A program made the translations under genes and the position numbers. Below the pieces are notes generated by a model. That model did no database searches and was not told the origin of the DNA. It saw only the letters and a list, made by a program, of their open reading frames with translations. A DNA stretch of 64,000 nucleotides from a virus (taxonomy: Duplodnaviria > Caudoviricetes): positions 1 to 64,000 of the IMG/VR virus record IMGVR_UViG_3300013901_000015; one strand, 5' to 3'. Of this stretch, positions 17,467 to 25,950 are shown one piece after another; position 1 is the first letter of the stretch; the number at the start of each line of letters is the position of its first letter.

Positions 17467-19470
17467 TTACTCCATAACTGCCTTGGCAGGATATTCAACC
17501 TTTAGCTCTGGGTCGTTGGTGACATAGAAGCGAATCTGCTGACCGTCCTTGAAAATAGGATGGAGGTTGCTCTCGCATTCATCGAGCACCATGGGAACGG
17601 AAACATCGTAGAACTTGGAGATTGTATTTGCGATGTCGATTCCTGCATTGACCTTGGCTGCACCATTGAGACGAGAGTAAGGAACGCCATCATGGTAGCA
17701 CTCACAGAATGGCTTCTTCTCGCCGTTGAGGTCAGACTTGAAGAGAGAGAACTTGACAAACGAGAAGTGCTTGTTAACCTTATCCTCTAGGATTTGGCAA
17801 GACTTCTGGCTGTAGTCGGACGCAATATCCAACTTCTCGTCTAGTTCATCTATCTGCTGCTGATAGATTTTCTTATTCTTCTGGCATTCCTCAATGAGGG
17901 CGGTAACGTGGTCGTACTGCTCTTTCTTGGCTAGGCGAGAACGGAGGGATTCCATTTCCTCTTGTAGTGACTGAGATTGCTGCGTTAGGTCGGCGAGCAT
18001 CTTCTTCTGCTCCTCATCATCGGTTACAGGCTTGTTAAGCTCTTCCTCCAGTCGCTTGACCTCTTCGGTGGCTTGCTTGTAGTTGTCGTTCTCGGAGAGG
18101 ATCATGGTGTAGCTCTTTGGTACCTCCTTCTCTACCTCTGCGTAGTGGGCTTCGGCTTCTTTGAGTGCCTTGTGGGCTTCGGTGAGTTGGTTTGTGGTAG
18201 TGGTCCGGTCTTCCTGCAACTGCTCCAAGAGGGACTGATGCTTATTGATGTCGCTCTTGATATTACCAGCCAAGGTTACCAAATTCTTCAATCGTTTACC
18301 CTTGCGCTCATTGAAGCGGTCTTCGGAATCTCGTTTCATCTTCAAGACCTTCTCGGGTGGCAGAGGCTGACCGCAATGTGGGCAGAATGAATCTTCATCG
18401 TTCCACTCAAATTGCTCGGCTGAGGCTTCATCGTATAATTTCGCACCGTCCTTCTTCTGTCTCTCTAGGTCTTCCAACTGCTGATTGATGTGAAGTTCGG
18501 TATCTTTGAATCCGTCCATCTTGGCTTTGAGTTCATCGACCATCGCCTGTGCCTTGGATTTAGCGGTTCGGGCGGTGATGAGGTCGGAATTATGCTTTGT
18601 CTCTTGCTCGCCAGACTGAATGCGTGCGCCCTTCTCCATCTGGTCAATGCGGTTGCGCTGAAACTCCAGTTGCTTGCGGATGCCATCGTTGCGGACTTGG
18701 GCTGCGCCACCTGTCTTGATGTTGCTTATCTTGGTGTTAACCTCGTTATGCTTCATGGTCTTTTCGAGCAAGTCGGCACCAAGCTCAGCCCAATCTTCTT
18801 TCTCGGGGAGCGTCTTGGCTAGTTCTTCCAATCTAATAGGGATGCTGTCCAGCTGTTTCTGCACCTCGGATTTGCTGTACTTAAGATGATGGACGAGGGA
18901 CTTGATGCTCTCCTTCTTAAGAGCCTTGACGATAAAGTCGTAACGCTCTTCGCCGTTGGTGATTTCATCAACTGTTGCGTCTCCTCCTGCAATATCCTCC
19001 AAGAGGGAACGCTGTATCTCCCACCCCTCTGAGGTGAAAGCGGTTGGTGACGAGCAATAGCGAAAGGGCTTCTCGGCAAAGATGCCATCAATCGCCTTCT
19101 TGTAATCTCCTGCGGTGGTCACTTCGCCATCAATGAAGTACTTGTAGGTATTGGTACACTTGCTTTCCTTCCATGAATCAGTGAGCGTGCGCTTGAAGGT
19201 TACTTCCTCATCATCCACTGACAGGGTAAGGGAAACTTCATGAGGAATCTCCTTGATGATGTTGTGGTCTCGGTCGAACGTTTTGATGTCGAACGAACTT
19301 CCGTTCTCGTCAGTGCCGAAGAGGGCGTAAGTGATTGCCCGAACGATAGTGCTCTTGCCTCGTCCGTTGCCAGCTGAGATTGTGGTCAACCCCTCGCTAA
19401 ACTCAATCTCTTTGTCACGTATTCCACAAAAATTGAGTAGCTTAATCTTCTTGAATCTGATTTTCTTCAT
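17467..19470 (-). CDS. SbcC/Rad50-like coiled-coil ABC ATPase
   Basis: LLNFCG, Walker A AGNGRGKST, zinc-hook CPHC, signature LNGAAK, Walker B VLDECE; start MKKIRF. Confidence 0.88.
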   Translation of the reverse strand: MKKIRFKKIKLLNFCGIRDKEIEFSEGLTTISAGNGRGKSTIVRAITYALFGTDENGSSFDIKTFDRDHNIIKEIPHEVSLTLSVDDEEVTFKRTLTDSWKESKCTNTYKYFIDGEVTTAGDYKKAIDGIFAEKPFRYCSSPTAFTSEGWEIQRSLLEDIAGGDATVDEITNGEERYDFIVKALKKESIKSLVHHLKYSKSEVQKQLDSIPIRLEELAKTLPEKEDWAELGADLLEKTMKHNEVNTKISNIKTGGAAQVRNDGIRKQLEFQRNRIDQMEKGARIQSGEQETKHNSDLITARTAKSKAQAMVDELKAKMDGFKDTELHINQQLEDLERQKKDGAKLYDEASAEQFEWNDEDSFCPHCGQPLPPEKVLKMKRDSEDRFNERKGKRLKNLVTLAGNIKSDINKHQSLLEQLQEDRTTTTNQLTEAHKALKEAEAHYAEVEKEVPKSYTMILSENDNYKQATEEVKRLEEELNKPVTDDEEQKKMLADLTQQSQSLQEEMESLRSRLAKKEQYDHVTALIEECQKNKKIYQQQIDELDEKLDIASDYSQKSCQILEDKVNKHFSFVKFSLFKSDLNGEKKPFCECYHDGVPYSRLNGAAKVNAGIDIANTISKFYDVSVPMVLDECESNLHPIFKDGQQIRFYVTNDPELKVEYPAKAVME

Positions 19471-19768
19471 TGTTATCTGTTTTTGGTTGTGATACTTTTT
19501 CTCCTTTTTCGCAATGCTCCTTATAGTACTGCATGAATGCATCGCCATCGGCTTTTATGAAATCGGGGTTATAACGAATGGCTGATAGGATGAGATTCTT
19601 CATGTCTTCTTGTGAGGCATGAATGAAGGAATAGGCATCCTTCTCTTGCGTATCGCCCATGAGGATGATGCAGCGGAAATGACTTGCTGCATCCTTCGAC
19701 TTCTCTACCTTCTTAAGAATATTCTTGATTTGAAGGAGATAATTCTGCTTGATGTTCTTGTTACTCAT
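19442..19768 (-). CDS. Hypothetical protein
   Basis: 108 aa in operon. Confidence 0.55.
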   Translation of the reverse strand: MSNKNIKQNYLLQIKNILKKVEKSKDAASHFRCIILMGDTQEKDAYSFIHASQEDMKNLILSAIRYNPDFIKADGDAFMQYYKEHCEKGEKVSQPKTDNNEENQIQED

Positions 19769-19961
19769 TTTGTATGTTTATTAATATGTCGTTGAGTGTC
19801 TTGCTATAGGTAATCTTTCCAGCCTTGAATAAACTGGAAAGAATTGACGAGACATCTTTCTGTATCTCTGTCTTTAACTTGGAATAGAGCACACCATTTG
19901 GGATATGATGTTCATCGGGCATCAATGCTCTGATTTTGGCGATGATATACTGCTCGTCCAT
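19761..19961 (-). CDS. Hypothetical winged-helix-like protein
   Basis: 66 aa; LSSLFKAGKITYSKTLND wing-like ending. Confidence 0.55.
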   Translation of the reverse strand: MDEQYIIAKIRALMPDEHHIPNGVLYSKLKTEIQKDVSSILSSLFKAGKITYSKTLNDILINIQNE

Positions 19962-20194
19962 AGTTCCACAGCCTTTGGCAAATTGCCATCATTTTCTGAA
20001 AACGCATCACGAAGCATCTTAATCGAATCCTTGAAGCTAAAACCTTGTATAATACCACGTAAATCTCTCCGATTCTCGTTGTTGTAGGCGGTCTCTAACT
20101 TATCAAGGATGACAAGCAAGTTGTATTGTTCTTGCTTTGCTGCTTCAACAAGATTATTGTAATCCTCTACGGAAATTGTAATCATTGGTTCCAT
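19922..20194 (-). CDS. Hypothetical protein
   Basis: 90 aa, ITISVEDYNNL start motif. Confidence 0.5.
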   Translation of the reverse strand: MEPMITISVEDYNNLVEAAKQEQYNLLVILDKLETAYNNENRRDLRGIIQGFSFKDSIKMLRDAFSENDGNLPKAVELWTSSISSPKSEH

Positions 20195-20205
20195 AATAGT
20201 CTCCT

Positions 20206-20733
20206 TTATTTATCCGTTGAACCTAGACCGCTTCGAGTTCCGTTGACTAATCCTGTAATGAGATTCGTTTGTGGAACATAAACTATGCGTCCCTGGCAGA
20301 TGCGGCTATTGGCACCTATAACTATCTTGAAACCAAGAAGGCGAAGGATGCGATGCTTCAAGCGGAATCGTCCGAACTTGACGATTGCATTAACAGTTTC
20401 GCCGTATTGAGAATCTATCAATCCAACAATTACATCGGCATTGATGCGGATTCTTTCAGGAACCGTAGAGAACCATCTGAGCCACTTAGGATAGCAAGCG
20501 AATGCCAACATGCCCTTACCAGACTGACCGCTTCTTGGCTGAATGACCATGCAGAGATTGGTAGGGAGCGAAATCTTGAAACCCAAAGGGATATAGGCTC
20601 TTGTGTTGGGAACTGCCTCCACGTCACTGCTTGCGTAGAGGTCGTAGGCTGCATCCGTATCGTGTGCCTTGGTCGGCATGTGGAATGGAACAGCCTCCAC
20701 TGTGATGTTTGTACCGAAATTCTTCTTATTCAT
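20206..20733 (-). CDS. dut: Trimeric dUTPase
   Basis: DAAYDL, PRSG, GLIDSQY, RICQG, RSGLGST motifs. Confidence 0.88.
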   Translation of the reverse strand: MNKKNFGTNITVEAVPFHMPTKAHDTDAAYDLYASSDVEAVPNTRAYIPLGFKISLPTNLCMVIQPRSGQSGKGMLAFACYPKWLRWFSTVPERIRINADVIVGLIDSQYGETVNAIVKFGRFRLKHRILRLLGFKIVIGANSRICQGRIVYVPQTNLITGLVNGTRSGLGSTDK

Positions 20734-20738
20734 GTCTG

Positions 20739-21275
20739 TTATAAACTTATTCTTTTTTCTTTAGCCAACCTTTCGACTTCCTTCTGATAATATGATATAA
20801 GTTGGTTGTACTCGAATATTGACCAGTTCCTATTTTCTGTTCTTGCTCGTAACTCCACAAGGTTTACTCGCTGCTCTCCTATCTGCTTGATAAGTCCTCG
20901 GCGATACATCTGTATATTTCCTTGATTGAAAATATTGCAAGCCACACATTGCGGTCGGCAATTATCCTCACAGAATCGGGTGGACATATAACGGCGAGAC
21001 ATGTAATGCCCATTTTGGATTTCCTTCCATGGGAGAATCTTGCCACAACTGATGCAACGACAATAGCCTTTGGCATCGGAATATTTCAAGCGAATATACT
21101 TGGAGAAAACAGCATCTAACTTGTCTCTAAGTTTTGGCTTGCTAAGTCCTGCCTTGGCTTTCTTCTTCTCCTGTGACTTTGCCTTGGCTTCCCAAGGTGC
21201 GGTCTTCTTGAAAGGAGTCCTCTTCAATGATGTTCGTCTATGTAATGTCATATTTCTCTTCTTTTTGGATTTCAC
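20739..21275 (-). CDS. ninG: NinG/Rap-family recombination endonuclease
   Basis: LDAVFSKYIRL, CISCG, GHYMSR, NCRPQCVACN. Confidence 0.88.
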   Translation of the reverse strand: MKSKKKRNMTLHRRTSLKRTPFKKTAPWEAKAKSQEKKKAKAGLSKPKLRDKLDAVFSKYIRLKYSDAKGYCRCISCGKILPWKEIQNGHYMSRRYMSTRFCEDNCRPQCVACNIFNQGNIQMYRRGLIKQIGEQRVNLVELRARTENRNWSIFEYNQLISYYQKEVERLAKEKRISL

Positions 21276-21447
21276 TACTTCGGATTGCCTTCCTTATGCT
21301 GTTAATCTTAGAGTTGAGGATGGAAATCCGCCTATAACATAGCTCGAAGTGCTCTAGGGTACACCAAGGGTTTCTTTCGAGCTGCTTGTATATGTCGTAC
21401 ACCCTTTGCCTATATGTGGCGAGGGTGGTCTTTGTCAAGTCTATCAT
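21238..21447 (-). CDS. Hypothetical protein
   Basis: 69 aa, first ORF after the non-coding tRNA-like region. Confidence 0.55.
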   Translation of the reverse strand: MIDLTKTTLATYRQRVYDIYKQLERNPWCTLEHFELCYRRISILNSKINSIRKAIRSSEIQKEEKYDIT

Positions 21448-21577
21448 ATAGTATAATTGTTTACAGATTTATTTAAATCCTGCCTATCCTCACGGACTGG
21501 CAGGGAGTTGCTTTTTCAAATTCAAAATTATGAATTGCTGTGCCGCTGCACATAGCTTCTATGCGTGAATAAAATAG

Positions 21578-21687
21578 TCCTCGCAGTTGGACTTGAACCA
21601 ACGACCAAGTTGCACGGTTTGATAAGAATGCGTTAAGGATTTACACTTCTGTTACGTGCTTGCTCTAACCAACTGAGCTATGCGAGG
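21578..21687 (-). ncRNA. tRNA-like element with enlarged anticodon arm
   Basis: Acceptor CCTCGCA/TGCGAGG, D-arm GCTC-AGTTGGTTA-GAGC, T-arm GTTGG-TTCAAGT-CCAAC; anticodon stem GCACG/CGTGC closes a 38-nt loop. Confidence 0.8.
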
Positions 21688-22069
21688 AATGTTGAGGGCA
21701 TCGTGCGCAACCACGAATTTAAGAGCCATGCTCACCCACATTTCAGAAAATGCAAAAGTAGTATATCAGTTTAAACTATCAATTATGGCTGAACAATCAA
21801 CATTCACTCTACTTGCACTCTGCATTTCTGAATATATTGTAAGGACTTAATAACTTCTCTTTTTTCCAATGTGTCAAAGAACACTGCTATTGCTAGCTTA
21901 GATTGTTACTGATGCATTATATATAATAAGGTGTAAGGTAAAAGGTGTTGGTAGAATGCTCGCCCACAACATTTCCTTATGATTTAGGGTTTCCCCATGG
22001 ACTTTATCGCAGCTTTTGTCACCCCAACCGAACGAGATATTATAATAACAATTCACCAATAACGAATAG

Positions 22070-22141
22070 TGGGAAGTAGAGGAGTTGAACCTCTGTAACT
22101 TAGCGAATCGCACAGTATCCTAACCGTTGGATGAACTTCCA
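22070..22141 (-). ncRNA. Second tRNA-like element with degenerate anticodon arm
   Basis: GGAAGT/ACTTCC acceptor, D-arm ATCC-AACGGTTA-GGAT, T-arm AGAGG-TTCAACT-CCTCT; anticodon stem has mismatches and lacks U33. Confidence 0.7.
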
Positions 22142-22358
22142 AAAACCTCTCCTATCTGTCACAGACAAGAGAGATATTGACAAAGTAAGCACCGCTGTGC
22201 TATTCAAAATGCTATAAAAATACTCATATATTCTCAACATATGTATAGTCATCATTTTTAAACCTCTCCCATTCTCCCGAGCAGGAGAGGTATAACGCTA
22301 AAACAATCTATCATACACTACTATCATATAATAGTAGGATTATCTAAAAGCCAAACGG

Positions 22359-22568
22359 CTACTCCTCTATGAGTTCAGGATATTTGTCAACCTTGATTCC
22401 GCCATATTTACTAGTGGCTACTTTACGGATTGACTTTGACAAATCGCTGTTCGATCTGTACGCAATTGCGTTGTAAACTGCTGCTGTAGCACAACCCAGT
22501 TCTTTTGCGATTGGAGAAATTTTTGACCTTCTAATCAAAATTTTCGGTTTATATAACACTTTATCCAT
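22359..22568 (-). CDS. Cro-like HTH regulator
   Basis: IAKELGCATAAVYNAI HTH; divergent from the repressor; start MDKVL. Confidence 0.7.
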   Translation of the reverse strand: MDKVLYKPKILIRRSKISPIAKELGCATAAVYNAIAYRSNSDLSKSIRKVATSKYGGIKVDKYPELIEE

Positions 22569-22578
22569 ATTTTTTATG

Positions 22579-22586
22579 TATATTTG
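22579..22586 (+). promoter_or_regulatory. -7 element of rightward (repressor) promoter
   Basis: TATATTTG pointing to 22724. Confidence 0.55.
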
Positions 22587-22632
22587 CACACGTAAAACAT
22601 TATATAATCAGTTTCATACTGAATTACGGATG

Positions 22633-22640
22633 CAAAGATA
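22633..22640 (-). promoter_or_regulatory. -7 element of leftward lytic promoter
   Basis: CAAAGATA = TATCTTTG on the minus strand. Confidence 0.6.
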
Positions 22641-22723
22641 CATAATTGTAGGCATATAACCAAGAATATAGGCATTTATTTAGGGTTAATTCACTTATAT
22701 ACACATTTATAAACACTAAAGAC

Positions 22724-23104
22724 ATGGAAGGACTAAGAGATAGAATCAATGAGATAAAAGACTATTATAGACTGTCTAACAGAGGGTTTGCTAATGTTTT
22801 AGGCACAAAACCTGCTGCAACAAATAACTATTTGAACGGAACAAAGGAGCCGTCAATGGAGTTTATAGATGCTATTTTGTCTAAGTACGTGGACATATCG
22901 GCAGACTGGCTTCTTCGTGGCAAGGGAACGATGTTCTATAGCGACGAGCCATCCAACGAGGAAATCACTAGAGAACTGGCTGATGCGAAGGTAAAGATGC
23001 TTGTGCAGGAAGGTATCATAGATAGGCTTAGCAAGATTATCGAAAACAAGATTGAAGGCAAGCAAGAGTTTGTTAAGGAAAAGTGGGAGGGCAAGCTAGG
23101 CTGA
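22724..23104 (+). CDS. CI-like XRE HTH repressor (no S24 autocleavage domain)
   Basis: LSNRGFANVLGTKPAATNNYLNGTKEPS...ISADWLLRGKG.MF. Confidence 0.8.
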   Translation: MEGLRDRINEIKDYYRLSNRGFANVLGTKPAATNNYLNGTKEPSMEFIDAILSKYVDISADWLLRGKGTMFYSDEPSNEEITRELADAKVKMLVQEGIIDRLSKIIENKIEGKQEFVKEKWEGKLG

Positions 23105-23121
23105 TTCACCTTATACCAAAC

Positions 23122-23153
23122 AAAAGAGGAGAGCACTAGACTCTCCTCTTTTG
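23122..23153. terminator. Bidirectional terminator between repressor and integrase
   Basis: AAAAGAGGAGAG...CTCTCCTCTTTT. Confidence 0.8.
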
Positions 23154-24290
23154 TTATATCTTACCCTCTAAATTATCAAAAGCCGACTGCACATCTTTAT
23201 TGAGAGTTCGGGCATACCTTGTGGTTTGTCTCAAAGTTGTATGACCAAGCACCCTTGCCACGATGTTGATGGGCATCCCCTTAGATAGAAACAATGTAGC
23301 AGCAGTGGCACGCCCCATGTGCGTATGAAGTCTATCGACTCCGACCATCTGCCCGATTACCTTTAGGTAGTCGTTATACTTCTGATTTGAAATCTTCGGC
23401 ATCTTAAAGTCGTATTTCTTTAGTAGTTCTACGGCAGGAGTGAGAAGCTGAAACACGAAATCAGTGTCTGTCTTCGTTCTTTTTGAATGATAGAACATCT
23501 TTCCGCCCATTTCCTCGCAGTTGGTGTAATCGAAAGATTGCAGGTCGGAGTAAGCCATACCAGTATAGCACTGGAACAAAAACAAATCCCTAGCTTGCTG
23601 CAAGTGTGGCGTAGCCAAGTCTAAAGCCTTGATCGCATCGAACTGTTCTTCGGTGACACAATCCACATACTGCTTTTCTCCCTTGCCAATATGGAAAGGA
23701 AGAAACTTGTAGGGATTCTGCTCAATCAATCCATCTATCACCGCATCATTGATAAATAGCTTGAGATACTTATGATAGTCATAGATGGTTGACTGAGCCT
23801 TTCCTTGCTTATGGAGGTATTCATCCATCGCGCGAATCTTAGCCACATTGCAATCAGAGAAGGCAATAATCTTTCCCCATTCCTCCAAGAACTTGATGAA
23901 GACATCATAGCGTTTCTTGGTGTGCTCGCATACCTTGCGCTCCTTACGTCTCTTCTTGCAGTATTCCAGAAAGGTTCCGCTCATATCATCCTCTCCATTG
24001 AAAAGAGTAGGAATTACAGACAAGTCAGTGCATCCCATCTTGGTCATTTTGAGAACCACTGCCTCGCCTCTCTCTCTGAACGCATCCAACTGCTCGTTGA
24101 GTGCATCGGCATTCTTGCATTTGATAATCTTCTGTTGTTTGTCAGACCATTGTGTCGGGACAACCTTGATGCCGGTCGAGATGTACTTTCTTTCCGACTT
24201 GTAAGAGAACCTTAATTCGATAGAAACTGGCTTTTGTGCCGTTCCTCGCTTCAACCGATTGTGAATAATACTTAAATTTACTCTAGCCAT
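23154..24290 (-). CDS. int: Tyrosine integrase (Bacteroidales type)
   Basis: Arm-binding N-terminus RKYISTGIKV..QW; catalytic domain TGMAYSDL, K, HMGR, LGH, TRYA. Confidence 0.93.
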   Translation of the reverse strand: MARVNLSIIHNRLKRGTAQKPVSIELRFSYKSERKYISTGIKVVPTQWSDKQQKIIKCKNADALNEQLDAFRERGEAVVLKMTKMGCTDLSVIPTLFNGEDDMSGTFLEYCKKRRKERKVCEHTKKRYDVFIKFLEEWGKIIAFSDCNVAKIRAMDEYLHKQGKAQSTIYDYHKYLKLFINDAVIDGLIEQNPYKFLPFHIGKGEKQYVDCVTEEQFDAIKALDLATPHLQQARDLFLFQCYTGMAYSDLQSFDYTNCEEMGGKMFYHSKRTKTDTDFVFQLLTPAVELLKKYDFKMPKISNQKYNDYLKVIGQMVGVDRLHTHMGRATAATLFLSKGMPINIVARVLGHTTLRQTTRYARTLNKDVQSAFDNLEGKI

Positions 24291-24471
24291 TTTGATAACA
24301 TAATTTTACGAGGTTGATAACATTTTGATAACACACCTCAAATTTAACATTTAGTCTCAAAATAGCCGAATGGATTCATTTTCAAGGGTTTAGCTAATGT
24401 TGTGAAGAATACGGCACGTAAACACGTTTACAACAGGTATTTCTACGTTAACATTTGCCCTTAAAATGAAA

Positions 24472-24518
24472 AAAGCGGATATAAGTACTTGATAATAAGT
24501 AGCTTAAATCCGCTTTTC
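24472..24518. other. Long imperfect inverted repeat beside att core
   Basis: AAAAGCGGAT.TAAG.TACT...AGTA.CTTAAATCCGCTTTT. Confidence 0.55.
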
Positions 24519-24562
24519 TTTTAGATAATTTATTGTTCTAGCGTTATTGTTTTGCCTATTTC

Positions 24563-24578
24563 GTGATTCCGTTGGGGT
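24563..24578 (-). other. attP core matching the 3' end of a Bacteroidales tRNA-Arg
   Basis: Minus strand ACCCCAACGGAATCAC equals, from recall, the T-arm/acceptor 3' end of tRNA-Arg(UCU); about 270 nt upstream of int; no tRNA 5' half adjacent. Confidence 0.7.
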
Positions 24579-24630
24579 CACACGTAAAATTATCTAACAA
24601 TCTAACATTCAGCCACTTGTTTTACTACTG

Positions 24631-24662
24631 CAAAGATAATGATAACTTTTTTATAACACAAA
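24631..24662 (-). promoter_or_regulatory. Promoter firing across attP toward int
   Basis: Minus strand TTTG-N20-TATCTTTG. Confidence 0.75.
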
Positions 24663-24723
24663 TTTTTTGGTAATTTTCTTTGATATTTAGACAAAATCTA
24701 GATTGTTAACGAGTGTATAAAGA

Positions 24724-24755
24724 TTTGGATATTTGTCTAAGTTTGTGTACTTTTG
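24724..24755 (+). promoter_or_regulatory. Bacteroidota sigma-A promoter
   Basis: TTTG-N20-TACTTTTG. Confidence 0.8.
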
Positions 24756-24889
24756 CACTCGTCAATGACAAACTCCACTTTGAGTTGATTGAGCATTAGA
24801 TATTTATACCTGCATTCAATAGGTATCAAAATATAGGGGATTGATTAAATCGGTGGAGCGGTTTTTTCTTTCCCCGTTTTCTTTTCAAG

Positions 24890-25603
24890 ATGAACAAGAA
24901 TCTAAGATTAAGACTGGCTTTAGAAATGTTCGGCAACAAGGAGTTGCTGAAAGCTTTAGCTATGTTCTTGCTTATTCGCAAGAGAATAGGTTCTAACGTT
25001 CTCAAAGATTATAGCATAAACAAGTTGGTTAATTTACTAGGCGCACACGCACGCACGATTAAGAAACGCATGCATGTGTTGTCTCAGTATGGGCTTGTCA
25101 CGATAGTGGGAAAGACCCTTGTGTTGCGTTCCGTTGTGTCAAAACACGCAAAGCGCAATGTTAAGTTAGGAAAGATGGAGTATTCTACTCTAAAGAGTGT
25201 TGAGTATTCTCTGCAATCTATCTTGGTTGCAGTCATTCAAAGCAGAAAAGATTTCGCACAAAGGACTATTCGATATGCTCACGGAGCCAGCCACGACTAC
25301 AAGGTTGTTAAGGCTGCACGTAATGCTGCACGGAAGTTCGGGTACGGATTTGAGTATGTTGAGAAGGGGCTGTCATACAAGACCATTGCAAAGAAACTTG
25401 GAGTGAGTATCAAAACTGCGGTCGAAATCGTCAAATTTGCAGTAAAACACACAATTTTGAAGAAAACAAAGCATTTTATCTCTACTTATCTTCCTAAAGT
25501 AAACTTTATGGAAGGACTAGGCTATACATTTACTACTCGTAACTATGGGTATAATATTATGGCTAACACCTACTCAATCTCTCCATCCCTAGCCTTGGTA
25601 TAA
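24890..25603 (+). CDS. Basic winged-helix DNA-binding protein (Rep/regulator-like)
   Basis: Two HTH-like segments: SINKLVNLLGAHARTIKKRM and LSYKTIAKKLGVSIKTA. Confidence 0.6.
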   Translation: MNKNLRLRLALEMFGNKELLKALAMFLLIRKRIGSNVLKDYSINKLVNLLGAHARTIKKRMHVLSQYGLVTIVGKTLVLRSVVSKHAKRNVKLGKMEYSTLKSVEYSLQSILVAVIQSRKDFAQRTIRYAHGASHDYKVVKAARNAARKFGYGFEYVEKGLSYKTIAKKLGVSIKTAVEIVKFAVKHTILKKTKHFISTYLPKVNFMEGLGYTFTTRNYGYNIMANTYSISPSLALV

Positions 25604-25641
25604 TTAGATTGTAAAAAGTGCAGACTATAAATTTTACGTAT

Positions 25642-25947
25642 ATGAAGAATGAAACGAAGCTTAAGAAAGTAGTGAAGTTCCTTGATGAAAACGGCATCAA
25701 GCATGTGAAATCGAAAAATAAAGGGAAGGCAGGTCATAGTGACTTAGTTTTGCCTAGCTTTAGAATATACATCAAGCTCCAAGGCGAGGATGATGCGTTA
25801 TTCTACAAAAAGCACCATATAAGTGTGCATCCTGTATTTATCCGTGATTCAGAAACCCCGAAGTTCGTTATCGAAAAGATTCAGAATACAATCATCAGAG
25901 TTATGCAGGACAAACAAAAGTATTTCGAAAAATCAAAAAGACATTGA
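25642..25947 (+). CDS. Hypothetical protein, possible PD-(D/E)XK-like fold
   Basis: Start MKNETKL; SDLVLPSFRIYIKL pattern. Confidence 0.5.
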   Translation: MKNETKLKKVVKFLDENGIKHVKSKNKGKAGHSDLVLPSFRIYIKLQGEDDALFYKKHHISVHPVFIRDSETPKFVIEKIQNTIIRVMQDKQKYFEKSKRH

Positions 25948-25950
25948 GTT

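Noticed and set aside
21578-22141. Suppressor tRNAs or stop-codon recoding
   Set aside because: No CTA/TCA/TTA anticodon in canonical position, and all long genes read through in the standard code.
23154-24290. Integrase has Ala where the first catalytic Arg is expected (TGMAYSD)
   Set aside because: This substitution is common in Bacteroidales tyrosine integrases; not evidence of a pseudogene.
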